The notes under the pieces are model-generated. The model saw only the letters and a program-made list of their open reading frames with translations, was not told the DNA's origin and ran no database searches. Shown here piece by piece: positions 47,301-57,196 of a stretch of DNA of 64,000 nt. Within the stretch, counting starts at the first letter, position 1. Each line of letters opens with the position of its first letter. Source of the DNA: an uncultured bacterium (GTDB lineage: Bacteria; Omnitrophota; Omnitrophia; Omnitrophales; Aquincolibacteriaceae); contig CAYZYT010000001.1 in the NCBI GenBank assembly GCA_964482725.1, positions 4,632 to 68,631 of the forward strand, written 5' to 3'. Both the position numbers and the translations under genes were made by a program.

Positions 47301-48224
47301 CTATTCGTTTCGGCTGGGGCTAATAATTCCCTTCAGGAATCCAAAATGCCACTGAATAAAAGCTACGATCGAGAGAAATACTTTTGTTACGTCGAAGGAA
47401 AGCCGGCACAGCGTCCCGGCCGCGAGGAGCGCCATGGCGATCAGCGCAGGAACCGGAAAAAAGAAAAGACCGAAAAGGCCCAGAAAGGTTACAAGCGGAA
47501 GCCACTGCACCGGACGAAAGGCCCCGTGCATCCGCACGAGCTTCCCCTGCGCCCAGCCGTAACGGAACATCATCCGGCTAAATCCTTGCACCGTCCGGGT
47601 CCGGTAATGGTAGACCACGGCCTGCGGATTCATCATCAGTTCCCATTTCTTTTGCCGGATCCTGTGATCCAGCTCAAGATCCTCCCCAGGCCAAAAATCT
47701 TCCAGGAATCCGCAGAACGCGTCGTAGACACTTCTGCGATACATAACATTGCAGCTCGCGTTATGATTCACCTCACGAAGAGCTCTCGCCGTCTGCATAT
47801 AGTTGGTCATAAAGCCAAAAGCCTGGAGGAGCTGCTGGACCTTTCGAGCGAACGGGACTTCATCCGCAGGACTTTTTTGAATACCGCCGACCCCCGCGAC
47901 ATTCTCACCCACAAAACCTTTCAAGAGTTCTTTGATCCAATCCTGCGGCACGACACAATCCGCATCGGTAAAGGCAACGAAATCGCCGTGGGCCTGCATC
48001 ACGGCCCGGTTTCGCGCTACGGAAGGTCCTTCGCCATTCATACGGAACACTTTAACACCCGCATGGTCCGCAGCAATTCGCCCCGTCTGATCCTCAGATC
48101 CGTCATCAACCACGATCACTTCGTAATAGGGATAATCCAGCCGGGACACCGAATCCAGACATGGAGCGATCGTCCTTTCGGCATTCTTAGCGGCAATAAT
48201 GACGGAGATGCAAGGATCACTCAT
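47301..48224 (-). CDS. Family 2 glycosyltransferase.
   Basis: ISVIIAAKNAERTIAPCLDSV ... VIVVDDGSEDQT. Confidence 0.8.
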   Translation of the reverse strand: MSDPCISVIIAAKNAERTIAPCLDSVSRLDYPYYEVIVVDDGSEDQTGRIAADHAGVKVFRMNGEGPSVARNRAVMQAHGDFVAFTDADCVVPQDWIKELLKGFVGENVAGVGGIQKSPADEVPFARKVQQLLQAFGFMTNYMQTARALREVNHNASCNVMYRRSVYDAFCGFLEDFWPGEDLELDHRIRQKKWELMMNPQAVVYHYRTRTVQGFSRMMFRYGWAQGKLVRMHGAFRPVQWLPLVTFLGLFGLFFFPVPALIAMALLAAGTLCRLSFDVTKVFLSIVAFIQWHFGFLKGIISPSRNE

Positions 48225-49651
48225 CGGGAGATCAGATAAGAAAAAAAGTTGAACCCGCCGCGAAGTTTCCGGTACAGGTCAAAAATATTTTTATTATCGA
48301 AAAGGAATTTCAGGATAAATCCGGGACGCAAATAAAACCTCTTGAGGCCCGCATCCACCAAGGCATTGATCTCTTGGATCGTGATATCCGGATAATCCAC
48401 CACCGCGCCCTGTTCTCCGCCATCCAACCAGTCTTCCCAGGCCTTCGCTTTGAGCAGGCCCTTACTTTTACAATAATCAAAATATTCGGAACCCGGCAAC
48501 GGAGAAGCGGCCGAGAACTGGAGCGTATCGAGGCCCAGCCCCAGAGCGAATTCGATCGTCTTCTTTGCCGTCTCCCTTGTTTCCCCAGGCAATCCCAACA
48601 CAAAGCAACCGTGGATATCGATCCTGGCTTTTTTGGCAGCACGGACAAAATCCAGCGCCTGCGCTACCTTCAGAGATTTTTTGACATTATCCAGAATATC
48701 CTGATCCCCGGACTCAAAGCCCACCAGGAACTGCCGGCACCCGGCCTTTTTCATTTCCGCAAACAGTTCTGCGTTACAAATGTCCGGGCGCGCATTGACC
48801 GACCAGTTTATCTTGAGACCGCGCCGGAGGATCTCCTGGCAAATCTCAAGCGCCCGTATTCTGTTCACCGTGAACGTATCATCCTCGAAAAAAAATTCGC
48901 CGCGCTTCAACTTCGGGAAAAGCCGGAGATCATGCTCGATCTCATCGACGATATTCTGAGGAGACCGGAACCGGTACTGATGCCCGAACATCAACTGCGG
49001 CCACTGGCAAAAGGTGCAACGGAACGGACAGCCCCGGCCGCCGATGATATTGATATGAGGATAAAGCCTTCCCGCATCAAAATATTTCATGATATCCAGA
49101 AATTCCCACGCAGGAAAAGGCAGGGCATCCAGATCTTGAATGAAAGGCCGGTGGGGCGTGAGTTTTGGCTTGCCGTTCTCTAGGTAACAGATCCCCGTCA
49201 CGCGCGAAAGATCGTTTTGATTCTCAAGAATATCCTTGATCGTCTCGTCGAACTCTCCGAGAGCGATCACATCGATACTGCCCCGCGCCACGCTCAAGGT
49301 TTCTTCGGGCAAAGCGCTCGCATGCGTCCCGACCATGATCACCTGAGTGGCGCTTTCTTCCTTACAGATCCGGGCGCATTGAATATCGGAGGTGATCGAC
49401 GGCGTGGTGGAATCCAGAACGACGAAATCCGGTTTTTTCTCGCGGATCACTTCCCGGAGCTTTTCCTTATCCCAGCCCTTCGCGACAAAATCATAGAGCT
49501 CGACCTCACACCCTGCCTTTTTCAATACCGCGGCTGCGTAGCAAAGCCAGTCCGGCGGCCGGATCGCCCGTCCTCTTGTACGCGCCGGCCATCGCTGGCA
49601 ACGGCAGTAATCCCGGATGAATGGCGGATTAATAATGAGAGTTTTCATCAT
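48221..49651 (-). CDS. Second cobalamin-binding-domain radical SAM enzyme.
   Basis: B12-binding region (PDFVVLDSTTPS...VIMVGTHA) and GCPFRCTFCQW CxxxCxxC motif. 4-nt overlap with the downstream glycosyltransferase. Confidence 0.8.
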   Translation of the reverse strand: MMKTLIINPPFIRDYCRCQRWPARTRGRAIRPPDWLCYAAAVLKKAGCEVELYDFVAKGWDKEKLREVIREKKPDFVVLDSTTPSITSDIQCARICKEESATQVIMVGTHASALPEETLSVARGSIDVIALGEFDETIKDILENQNDLSRVTGICYLENGKPKLTPHRPFIQDLDALPFPAWEFLDIMKYFDAGRLYPHINIIGGRGCPFRCTFCQWPQLMFGHQYRFRSPQNIVDEIEHDLRLFPKLKRGEFFFEDDTFTVNRIRALEICQEILRRGLKINWSVNARPDICNAELFAEMKKAGCRQFLVGFESGDQDILDNVKKSLKVAQALDFVRAAKKARIDIHGCFVLGLPGETRETAKKTIEFALGLGLDTLQFSAASPLPGSEYFDYCKSKGLLKAKAWEDWLDGGEQGAVVDYPDITIQEINALVDAGLKRFYLRPGFILKFLFDNKNIFDLYRKLRGGFNFFSYLISR

Positions 49652-51274
49652 TCACTCTTCGGCTATGAGATAGGAAACAGGCTCTTTCAACATTGGATAA
49701 ACCTTGCCCAACCGCAAGGGCCTTGTCTTCAGGAACTTTTCCACGTTCAAGGAACCGCCCTTTTTCAGGATCAGCGCCCAGGGGATAAACCCTTCCTGCC
49801 CATCGGAGGTAAATCCCATATGCACCATGTGGTAGTTCGATTCAACATACTTTTTTATTTCCGGCGACATCGTCTGGAAATACGGAAATGAAAAGACACT
49901 CAAGTATTCTATGCCTAATTCTTTTTCTTTGCGCTTAAAATCATCCAGGTCGATAGGCCAGCCGCAGCGCCGGTCGGCATAAGTACAAACCCCGTAACCC
50001 TGACTCCACGTATAATGAAAGAAAGGCTTCCCCGCCGAGACATGTTTTCTCAGATAATCTCCCGCCACGTCCTGGCCAAACAGCACATAATCATACTGAC
50101 GCATCGTGGCAGCATAAACATCCGGCAGGGAGATAAGCAAGAAACCTACCAGCAGGATAGACCCGGCTCGGCTCCGAAAGATCTTATTCAAAAAAAGAGA
50201 GACCTCCCAAAGAAAACAAGCGGAACACAAAGCCACTACGAATAAGAACGGCATCTGATAATAGTTGTGTTGGTTCATGTAGTCAGAGAATACAACGCTA
50301 TAGACCAAGATCCCCAGCAGCCATCCCAAAACAGTCTTTCGCAACAAGGGACTCGTCTTTGACACAAAAACCAAGACAACGCCTCCCAGCGCAGCCCCCA
50401 CGTAAAATCCCGTGAAGTTTTCTTGAAAAACATAACTGTAGAGCCTGGGGCCAAAATCATGCCAATAGGGCATTCCGAAAAACTGCATCAGTTTTGTCCT
50501 GCCCTCGAGCCCTCCGAAAATCATTTCTTTGGGACACAACCCAAGGATCACTCCCAAAGGGATAAGGGCAAAAAAGCTATGACGGAGGGCGCCCCAGAAA
50601 GAATACTTCCGGATAATTTCCTTATAAGGGACGATCAGCAACAAAGGTATCACCAAAACAAGAAAAGTCAGTTTACACAAAACGATCGCCGCCATGGCCA
50701 GGGCGCCGTAGAATAAAAATCTGAAATTCAAACTACGGGAAAACTGCAACCCGTAGAAGATGGCGATCAGCATAAATAAAAACGCCGGGCTCTCCGGCTG
50801 AAGATTTCTCGAAAAAAAATTCCCTAAGGGCAAGAAGCTCAGAATCAGCGTCGCCAAAATACCGATCGCCGGAGTTTGCGTCAAAGCAGTGCTTATGCGG
50901 AACATAAACAGCAAGGAGAGCAGAAAGTAAAAAACATTGATCCATCGTGAAGCCGCTAGAAAATACCCGTCCCCCAACAGCTTATAGCAAAAAGCGGTTT
51001 GCCAAGCGGTGAAATAACCTACGGGAGGAATCGATGCCCCGGACGGAGAGGGGCTAAGTCCATGATAGAAATCAATTTGCCGCGCGAGATAATCATCCGC
51101 TTTCACCATATTTCGCGCCATGCTGATAAATTCGTTTTCCTTCATGTTGTGATAACCCAGGGCAGGAAAATCGATGTGATAGAAGCGAATAGCCAATGCA
51201 AAAACAAGGATCCCGGCAAGGATCCAAAGAGTTTTTCGTGCGATCGGCCGTTCGGGGAGCAACCCTGCGTTCAT
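49652..51274 (-). CDS. GT-C fold glycosyltransferase (PMT/ArnT-like, GT39/GT83 type), polytopic membrane protein.
   Basis: About 11 TM helices. First periplasmic loop has an acidic motif (KENEF). Start placed at MNAGLLPER to avoid a 130-nt overlap. Confidence 0.7.
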   Translation of the reverse strand: MNAGLLPERPIARKTLWILAGILVFALAIRFYHIDFPALGYHNMKENEFISMARNMVKADDYLARQIDFYHGLSPSPSGASIPPVGYFTAWQTAFCYKLLGDGYFLAASRWINVFYFLLSLLFMFRISTALTQTPAIGILATLILSFLPLGNFFSRNLQPESPAFLFMLIAIFYGLQFSRSLNFRFLFYGALAMAAIVLCKLTFLVLVIPLLLIVPYKEIIRKYSFWGALRHSFFALIPLGVILGLCPKEMIFGGLEGRTKLMQFFGMPYWHDFGPRLYSYVFQENFTGFYVGAALGGVVLVFVSKTSPLLRKTVLGWLLGILVYSVVFSDYMNQHNYYQMPFLFVVALCSACFLWEVSLFLNKIFRSRAGSILLVGFLLISLPDVYAATMRQYDYVLFGQDVAGDYLRKHVSAGKPFFHYTWSQGYGVCTYADRRCGWPIDLDDFKRKEKELGIEYLSVFSFPYFQTMSPEIKKYVESNYHMVHMGFTSDGQEGFIPWALILKKGGSLNVEKFLKTRPLRLGKVYPMLKEPVSYLIAEE

Positions 51275-52458
51275 CTTCGAATCGCGAGAAGGCTGAGAAA
51301 GAAAGAGGAGAAGATGGTCTGGAGGCCCAGGATCATGAAGATCATCGCGGCCACGGATTCGCGGATACGGTAAAGGGCTCCGAAAGAATTCTGCCACCAT
51401 TCCACGAAAATGCTTGTGTTAAGCGCTAACCCCAAAAAGAACAAGGCCGCGCCGGCCAAAAGTCCGATCTCCAGTTTAAAATATTTGGCAAACCAGTGAA
51501 GCGCGGGCTCCTCATCCAAATACCCCTGTTTGATCGCGAAAAGTTTCGCATAAAGTCCCGTGTTGATGATCTGGTATCCCAGAACGCCCAGAAAAGCGGC
51601 CAGGATGAACATATGAATATCCCACGCATGCCCCAAAAAATTCACCGGTCCGCTCATCAGAAGAAGCATGACCAGGAACCCGAAACCGCTGAGCACCGCC
51701 CCGGGGACCATGTAAAGCCACGTCGGGCAAAAGAGAAGCATGAAGCGGAGATGCCGCCAGGCGTCCTTCACCGGGCTTAGCTTCGAGATTCCTTTGCGCT
51801 TGGAATAATCGATCGGGACTTCGAGGATCTTCAGTTTTTTAAGAAGGGCCTCCATGACCATCTCGGAGGCGAATTCCATGCCGAGGCAATGCAAATTCAG
51901 TTTTTGATAAGCCTTTTGGGTAAAACTACGCATCCCACAATGAATGTCCGAAAGCCCCGTTCGAAAAAAAAGCCGGTAAAGTCCGGTCAAAAAGGGATTC
52001 CCAAGATAACGGTTCGCCCACGGCATGGCCCCTTTTTGGATCTTCCCCTTGAACCGGGACCCCATCACAAAATCGCACCCTTTTTTCAGCGGCTCCAGGA
52101 ACAGCTCCAGGCGGCTAAAATCGTAGGTATCATCGCCGTCGCCCATGACAAGATATTTCCCCCGGGCTTCCTTAAAACCGCGAAGATAGGCCGAGCCGTA
52201 CCCAGGCACAGATTCCACAACCACGCGTGCCCCGGCGGCTGCAGCATTCTGGAAGGAGTGGTCCGTGGAACCATTATCCACCACGATCACTTCACCGCTC
52301 ACCCGGTTCTCTGTAAAAAACCGGAGGGCCTTCCCGACGCAACCCGCGATCGTCAGTTCTTCATTCAAGCACGGAATGACCACGGACACTTCTATTTCAT
52401 TCTCACCCACGAGGATCTCCCCAGAGGATCTCAAAAACGTAGATCTTTTCTTTATCAT
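51271..52458 (-). CDS. Polyprenyl-phosphate glycosyltransferase (GT2, ArnC/DPM1/GtrB-like) with C-terminal TM helices.
   Basis: VSVVIPCLNEE ... VVDNGSTDHS ... MGDGDD ... C-terminal membrane anchor. Confidence 0.8.
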   Translation of the reverse strand: MIKKRSTFLRSSGEILVGENEIEVSVVIPCLNEELTIAGCVGKALRFFTENRVSGEVIVVDNGSTDHSFQNAAAAGARVVVESVPGYGSAYLRGFKEARGKYLVMGDGDDTYDFSRLELFLEPLKKGCDFVMGSRFKGKIQKGAMPWANRYLGNPFLTGLYRLFFRTGLSDIHCGMRSFTQKAYQKLNLHCLGMEFASEMVMEALLKKLKILEVPIDYSKRKGISKLSPVKDAWRHLRFMLLFCPTWLYMVPGAVLSGFGFLVMLLLMSGPVNFLGHAWDIHMFILAAFLGVLGYQIINTGLYAKLFAIKQGYLDEEPALHWFAKYFKLEIGLLAGAALFFLGLALNTSIFVEWWQNSFGALYRIRESVAAMIFMILGLQTIFSSFFLSLLAIRR

Positions 52459-55009
52459 CCGAATAAAAAGGCTTGAAGCTTTTCATCCCTTGACCGCCAA
52501 GGAAATACAGCTTCACGAAAAGGGATTCCGCCAATTCGTCGCTGCCGATGAGCGCCTGGTACTCTCCCCCATTCCGAACGATCACGATCGTTTTCACATA
52601 ATCGCCTTTTTCGTTCACGATCTCCCGCTTCTTTCCATTTTCATAAAGAACGGCTTTTTTGGGAATCCGGTATTTTCCATCCAGGGAAGAATAAAACAGG
52701 ATGTCCCGGGAGCCCGTGTTGTAGACCACCCCGTTATCAAAATAAAGCAGTTGCCCGGCTTCTTTACCGGAAGCGGGAACCGAGGCAAACGTGTAGCGGC
52801 AGGATAACCCGTCATTCTTCCCGCGATCTTCGATCCCCGTCATGGCCGTCTGATAACTTTTCAGGGCCTCGTCCGGGGACAAACCAAAAATCGTCCGGAG
52901 TCCCGCCAGAACCTCGCCTTCCGGCTTGTGACGGTTCGCCGAAACAAATACCGCCCGAAAATCCCAACTTCCCAAAAAGGAAATGCTGGACATCTTCTCA
53001 AGCATGGATCCTTCCACGATAAAATAAGCCGGCGCGGGCCGTTGATACAAATGATCCAAAATTTTTGCTGCCGCCGCGAGCGGGACTTTTTTCTGGGCTA
53101 AAAACGCCTCGCCTTTTTTCCGGTCCAACCCCAAAAGATCTTCTAAGGCTTGCCGGCACTGAAACGGGTCGGGGATATATTTCTGCAATTCGTAATAGGT
53201 GACGCTCGAATTGTTGTTCAACATGCGAAGGATCGCGACCGCTTTGTTCTCGTCTTTTTCGATCAAGGCCCGCGCCATCCAATAACAAAGCTGCGCGTTC
53301 TGGGTTTGGCCGTCAAAGATCACACGCCTTTTCCCGTAATACTTGAACCAACTGCCGTTATCCCACCAGGAATTGAGGATGGCTTCTTTCGGAGCCTTCT
53401 GGTCAACGTAGGTTAGGGCTTTATACCAGCCTTCATGCATCATGGGCCGGATCTCGAGAGCTTTGGTCCAGCCGGTTAAAAAAATAGCTTGGACCCATAA
53501 TCCCAGACACAACAAAAACAAGGCAAGCCCGGCAAAGCGCATCAGTCCATTTTTGATCCTGAAAATGAGCGCTGGGATGGCCTCTCCGACAAAAACCCCA
53601 AAGAATAAGGCCAGCGGCAGGGAAAGATAGATCGCAAACCGGTTCCCTTTCAGAGAGGCCGCCAGCATGAAGAGAAACCAGCACGCCATCATGATCACGG
53701 GCTCCCTCCGCTCGCCGCGCCATTCTCTTAGAATCACCACGATCCCGCCAAGAAGCGATAATAGAAAAATGACTTTCCCGTAGAAAAGTGAAGCCATCGT
53801 CTTGAATGTAAGCGGCATCAGCTCGATGACCGTATAGTAGGGATTCGGCCAGATATCCTGAACTCCGGAAGAAGTGCCCGACAAAGCGGACCCGATCCGG
53901 AGGACGTCTCTCACCCAAATAATTTGATCAAGCATATGCGGGCCGATCAGCCAGTACACGAACACTGCGCTGGTTACATAAAAAACCGTCGCTGATAAAA
54001 ACAACGGAACGATCTTTCCGCGGCAATGTTCCCATCGCCTGGGTCTCTCAGCCAGGTCCCCGAGGATCACTGCCACGAAAAAGCCTGCGCTCACCACAAC
54101 CATAAACCACCAGCCGGACCACGTGATGGCATAAAGGCCTTGAAAAAAACCGGCCAGCAGGGAGAGAAGGATCGTTCTCCGTAGATTGCCCCTTGGGCCC
54201 ACCGCTTCCAAAAGCGTCCAGGTCACCGCCAGGGCGAGGATCAGACTGAGCATGTCAAAGTCGTACCAGCCCGCACAACTGCGGCTGATACACATTCCCG
54301 TCAATCCAACGAAAAAAGTACTTAGGAACGCGGATAATCTTGAGAACCAGCGAACCATAAAAGCATAAAAAAGAATCAGGAAAACCGCCGCGTAAAATAC
54401 GGGGATATAGAAAAGGAAGGTATCCAGCGGCATCGGGGTCAAAAGACTGAACCCCATGAAAAGAAATGCGGAAAGATAGAACAGGAGCCGGAAATAAAAA
54501 ACTTCCGCCCCTTGGGGGGCCAACATTAAACTGTCACGGCTTTTCCCATCGATCTTTTGATCTCCGGGATGGCCGTTCTTAATGATGTTCCGGGTCCAGA
54601 TCGCCCAGCTAAAAGGATCGTATTCCATAAAAAACGTCTGGCCACGGAAGTCTTGATAGCGGCCTTTCAACTGGCTGTATTCTTTTTCGACAGCTTTACT
54701 GAACCCCGCCTTATCCAGGAGGATCTCCTGACTTACGGCTTCGAGCCCCTGACGGGCTTGCGTCTTCGTCCCGTTGAAAGTCCCCCCGGGAATTTTCTGA
54801 AGATGCTGGTCGACGATATTGAGAACGGCTTCATTTTTCAATTGGGGGAAATAGCCCGGAAAAACTCGAACGGTGATATTCACGCCAAGGCAGATGGCAA
54901 GGAGAAGACCCCCGATAAGCGCACTGGAGCCAAGATCCGAGACGTCGATGGAAGAGAAAAAAGTCTCTGCCGACTGAACCCACTTCTTTGCCCGCGAAGC
55001 AGGGCTCAT
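52403..55009 (-). CDS. Oligosaccharyltransferase of the STT3/AglB/PglB family (GT66). Polytopic N-terminal domain plus large C-terminal periplasmic domain.
   Basis: First-loop motif [14 protein letters not shown] (compare HEFDPYFNYR of STT3) and WWDNGSWF (the WWDYG catalytic motif) after ~13 TM helices. 868 aa. Confidence 0.75.
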   Translation of the reverse strand: MSPASRAKKWVQSAETFFSSIDVSDLGSSALIGGLLLAICLGVNITVRVFPGYFPQLKNEAVLNIVDQHLQKIPGGTFNGTKTQARQGLEAVSQEILLDKAGFSKAVEKEYSQLKGRYQDFRGQTFFMEYDPFSWAIWTRNIIKNGHPGDQKIDGKSRDSLMLAPQGAEVFYFRLLFYLSAFLFMGFSLLTPMPLDTFLFYIPVFYAAVFLILFYAFMVRWFSRLSAFLSTFFVGLTGMCISRSCAGWYDFDMLSLILALAVTWTLLEAVGPRGNLRRTILLSLLAGFFQGLYAITWSGWWFMVVVSAGFFVAVILGDLAERPRRWEHCRGKIVPLFLSATVFYVTSAVFVYWLIGPHMLDQIIWVRDVLRIGSALSGTSSGVQDIWPNPYYTVIELMPLTFKTMASLFYGKVIFLLSLLGGIVVILREWRGERREPVIMMACWFLFMLAASLKGNRFAIYLSLPLALFFGVFVGEAIPALIFRIKNGLMRFAGLALFLLCLGLWVQAIFLTGWTKALEIRPMMHEGWYKALTYVDQKAPKEAILNSWWDNGSWFKYYGKRRVIFDGQTQNAQLCYWMARALIEKDENKAVAILRMLNNNSSVTYYELQKYIPDPFQCRQALEDLLGLDRKKGEAFLAQKKVPLAAAAKILDHLYQRPAPAYFIVEGSMLEKMSSISFLGSWDFRAVFVSANRHKPEGEVLAGLRTIFGLSPDEALKSYQTAMTGIEDRGKNDGLSCRYTFASVPASGKEAGQLLYFDNGVVYNTGSRDILFYSSLDGKYRIPKKAVLYENGKKREIVNEKGDYVKTIVIVRNGGEYQALIGSDELAESLFVKLYFLGGQGMKSFKPFYSDDKEKIYVFEILWGDPRG

Positions 55010-55641
55010 GGCATTCTTTCGATGCGTTTCTTTTCAAAAGCGGCAATCGCCGATTCTTCTTTGAGGGTGATGCCGATATCATCGAGCCCAAGAAGGAACC
55101 GTTCTTTAACCGAGGGATCGATCTCGAAACGGAAAACGATCTCGGGGGAAGCATGAAAGATCACCGTCTGGTCAGCCAAATGGACGGTCGCTTGCAACCC
55201 AGGCGTTTGGCGCGCCGCCCGAAAGATCTTCTCGACATCCGTTTCAGAAAGCTCCAGGGTCAGAAGACCATTTTTCACACTATTATGTTTAAAAATGTCG
55301 GCAAATCCCGGGATGCGGTTCTTCCCCTCCCCGGACCATGGGGCAATGACCACACGGAATCCATACTGACAGATCGCCCAAACCGCGTGCTCACGACTGG
55401 AGCCACATCCAAAATTGTTGCGGGCGACCAAAATGGTCGCACCCTGATACTCTTCCCGGTTCAGGATGAATCCCGGGTTGTTTTTTTCACCCGGGAGATA
55501 CCGCCAATCATAAAAGAGAGACTCCCCGAACCCCGTACGGGCAATGGATTTCAGGAATTGCTTCGGAATGATCGCATCGGTATCCACATTGGCCCGATCC
55601 AGCGGAAGGACCACGCCTCTAAAATCCTCAAACGCCTTCAT
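55006..55641 (-). CDS. leuD: 3-isopropylmalate dehydratase small subunit LeuD.
   Basis: [21 protein letters not shown] ... GCGSSREHA conserved LeuD blocks. Stop overlaps the oligosaccharyltransferase start by 4 nt. Confidence 0.85.
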   Translation of the reverse strand: MKAFEDFRGVVLPLDRANVDTDAIIPKQFLKSIARTGFGESLFYDWRYLPGEKNNPGFILNREEYQGATILVARNNFGCGSSREHAVWAICQYGFRVVIAPWSGEGKNRIPGFADIFKHNSVKNGLLTLELSETDVEKIFRAARQTPGLQATVHLADQTVIFHASPEIVFRFEIDPSVKERFLLGLDDIGITLKEESAIAAFEKKRIERMP

Positions 55642-57056
55642 GGTAGAACCTCTGGCCATTTTCGAATGTCCACAAAATGCCCGGCTAGGGCGGCGGCGGC
55701 CGCCATTTCAGCACCCACAAGATGCGTTCGCCCATCCTTCCCCTGACGCCCTTCAAAATTACGGTTGGAAGTCGCGGCGCAACGTTCCTGAGGTTTCAAC
55801 TGGTCGGGATTCATCGCCAGGCACATACTGCACCCGGATTCGCGCCACTCACATCCCGAGTTCAAAAAGATCCTATCGAGCCCTTCGGCCTCGGCTTGTT
55901 TTTTCACCTGCTGGGAACCCGGCACCACAAGCACCCGAACCCCTGAGGCAACTTGGTGACCCCTGAAATATTGTGCCGCGATGCGCAGATCTTCGATACG
56001 CCCGTTCGTGCAGCTCCCAATAAAAACCGTATCGATCTTGATGTCCGTGATCGGCATTCCGGGTTTCAGCCCCATATATCGCAGGGCCTGCTCCACATCC
56101 GCTTTGGCATAACCCGGGACTTCCCCCGGCTCCGGCACGCATCCATCCACGTCCACAACCATTCCGGGGCTGGTTCCCCAAGTCACTTGAGGTGCGATCT
56201 TGGTCGCATCGATCGTAAGCTCTTTATCAAACTTTGCTCCCGGGTCCGTCGGCAACGTCTTCCAATAAGCGATCGCCTCTTCGAGGGCTTTCCCCTTCGG
56301 CGCGTAGGGACGGTCTCCTTGCGCAATATACTGGAACGTCGTTTCATCCGGAGCGATCATCCCCGCGCGGGCACCGGCCTCGATCGCCATGTTACAAACG
56401 GTTAAACGCCCTTCCATCGAAAGAGCACGGATCGCTTCCCCGCAAAACTCGATCGCGCAACCCGTTGCGCCTGCAGTCCCGATCATCCCGATCAATTTAA
56501 GGACCATGTCCTTTGCGGACACCGGTTCCGTGATTCGTCCTGTAAATTCCACTTTGAAAGTTTTTGGTTTTTTCTGGAGAAGACACTGGGTTGCGAGGAC
56601 GTGCTCCACTTCGGAAGTACCGATCCCGAACGCAAGCGCGCCAAAGGCACCATGGGTGGCCGTATGGGAATCTCCGCAGACAATGGTCGTTCCTGGAAGT
56701 GTGATCCCGAGTTCGGGGCCCACAATATGCACCACACCCTGCCTGTCGCTGTGAAGGTCATAGAGCGTGACACCGAATTCTTTGCAATTTCTGGAAAGCG
56801 CGTCGAGCGACGCCTTCGCGATCATGTCTTTGATGTTGAAACGATCCCTGCTGTCGGTGGGAACATTGTGATCCATCGTAGCGAATGTCAATTCCGGATG
56901 ACGGACTTTGCGACCCGAAAGGCGGAGCCCCTCAAAGGCCTGGGGGCTCGTGACTTCATGGACCAGCTGCCGGTCAATGTAAAGAAGTGCCGTTCCGTCC
57001 GGGAACGTCTTCACCACATGAGAATTCCATATTTTTTCGAAGAGTGTTTTAGACAT
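55638..57056 (-). CDS. leuC: 3-isopropylmalate dehydratase large subunit LeuC.
   Basis: [15 protein letters not shown] ... MDHNVPT ... [27 protein letters not shown] ... aconitase-family Fe-S ligands. Confidence 0.9.
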   Translation of the reverse strand: MSKTLFEKIWNSHVVKTFPDGTALLYIDRQLVHEVTSPQAFEGLRLSGRKVRHPELTFATMDHNVPTDSRDRFNIKDMIAKASLDALSRNCKEFGVTLYDLHSDRQGVVHIVGPELGITLPGTTIVCGDSHTATHGAFGALAFGIGTSEVEHVLATQCLLQKKPKTFKVEFTGRITEPVSAKDMVLKLIGMIGTAGATGCAIEFCGEAIRALSMEGRLTVCNMAIEAGARAGMIAPDETTFQYIAQGDRPYAPKGKALEEAIAYWKTLPTDPGAKFDKELTIDATKIAPQVTWGTSPGMVVDVDGCVPEPGEVPGYAKADVEQALRYMGLKPGMPITDIKIDTVFIGSCTNGRIEDLRIAAQYFRGHQVASGVRVLVVPGSQQVKKQAEAEGLDRIFLNSGCEWRESGCSMCLAMNPDQLKPQERCAATSNRNFEGRQGKDGRTHLVGAEMAAAAALAGHFVDIRKWPEVLP

Positions 57057-57196
57057 AAGTCTTATAATTATATGAATTTACGACCAATGCGCAAGGATAA
57101 CAAAACCTGGGAAATGAATGACGGAGGGTGGATCGCGGCAAACTAAAAAAACAAAGTTTTAGCGCCCTCCGCCTTCCTCCATCCTCCCTCCGGTTC

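Noticed and set aside
57057-57196. Leucine-operon leader peptide, attenuator or T-box upstream of leuC.
   Set aside because: No Leu-codon-rich small ORF and no T-box specifier or antiterminator architecture could be recognised. Only the GGAGG-rich tract was seen.
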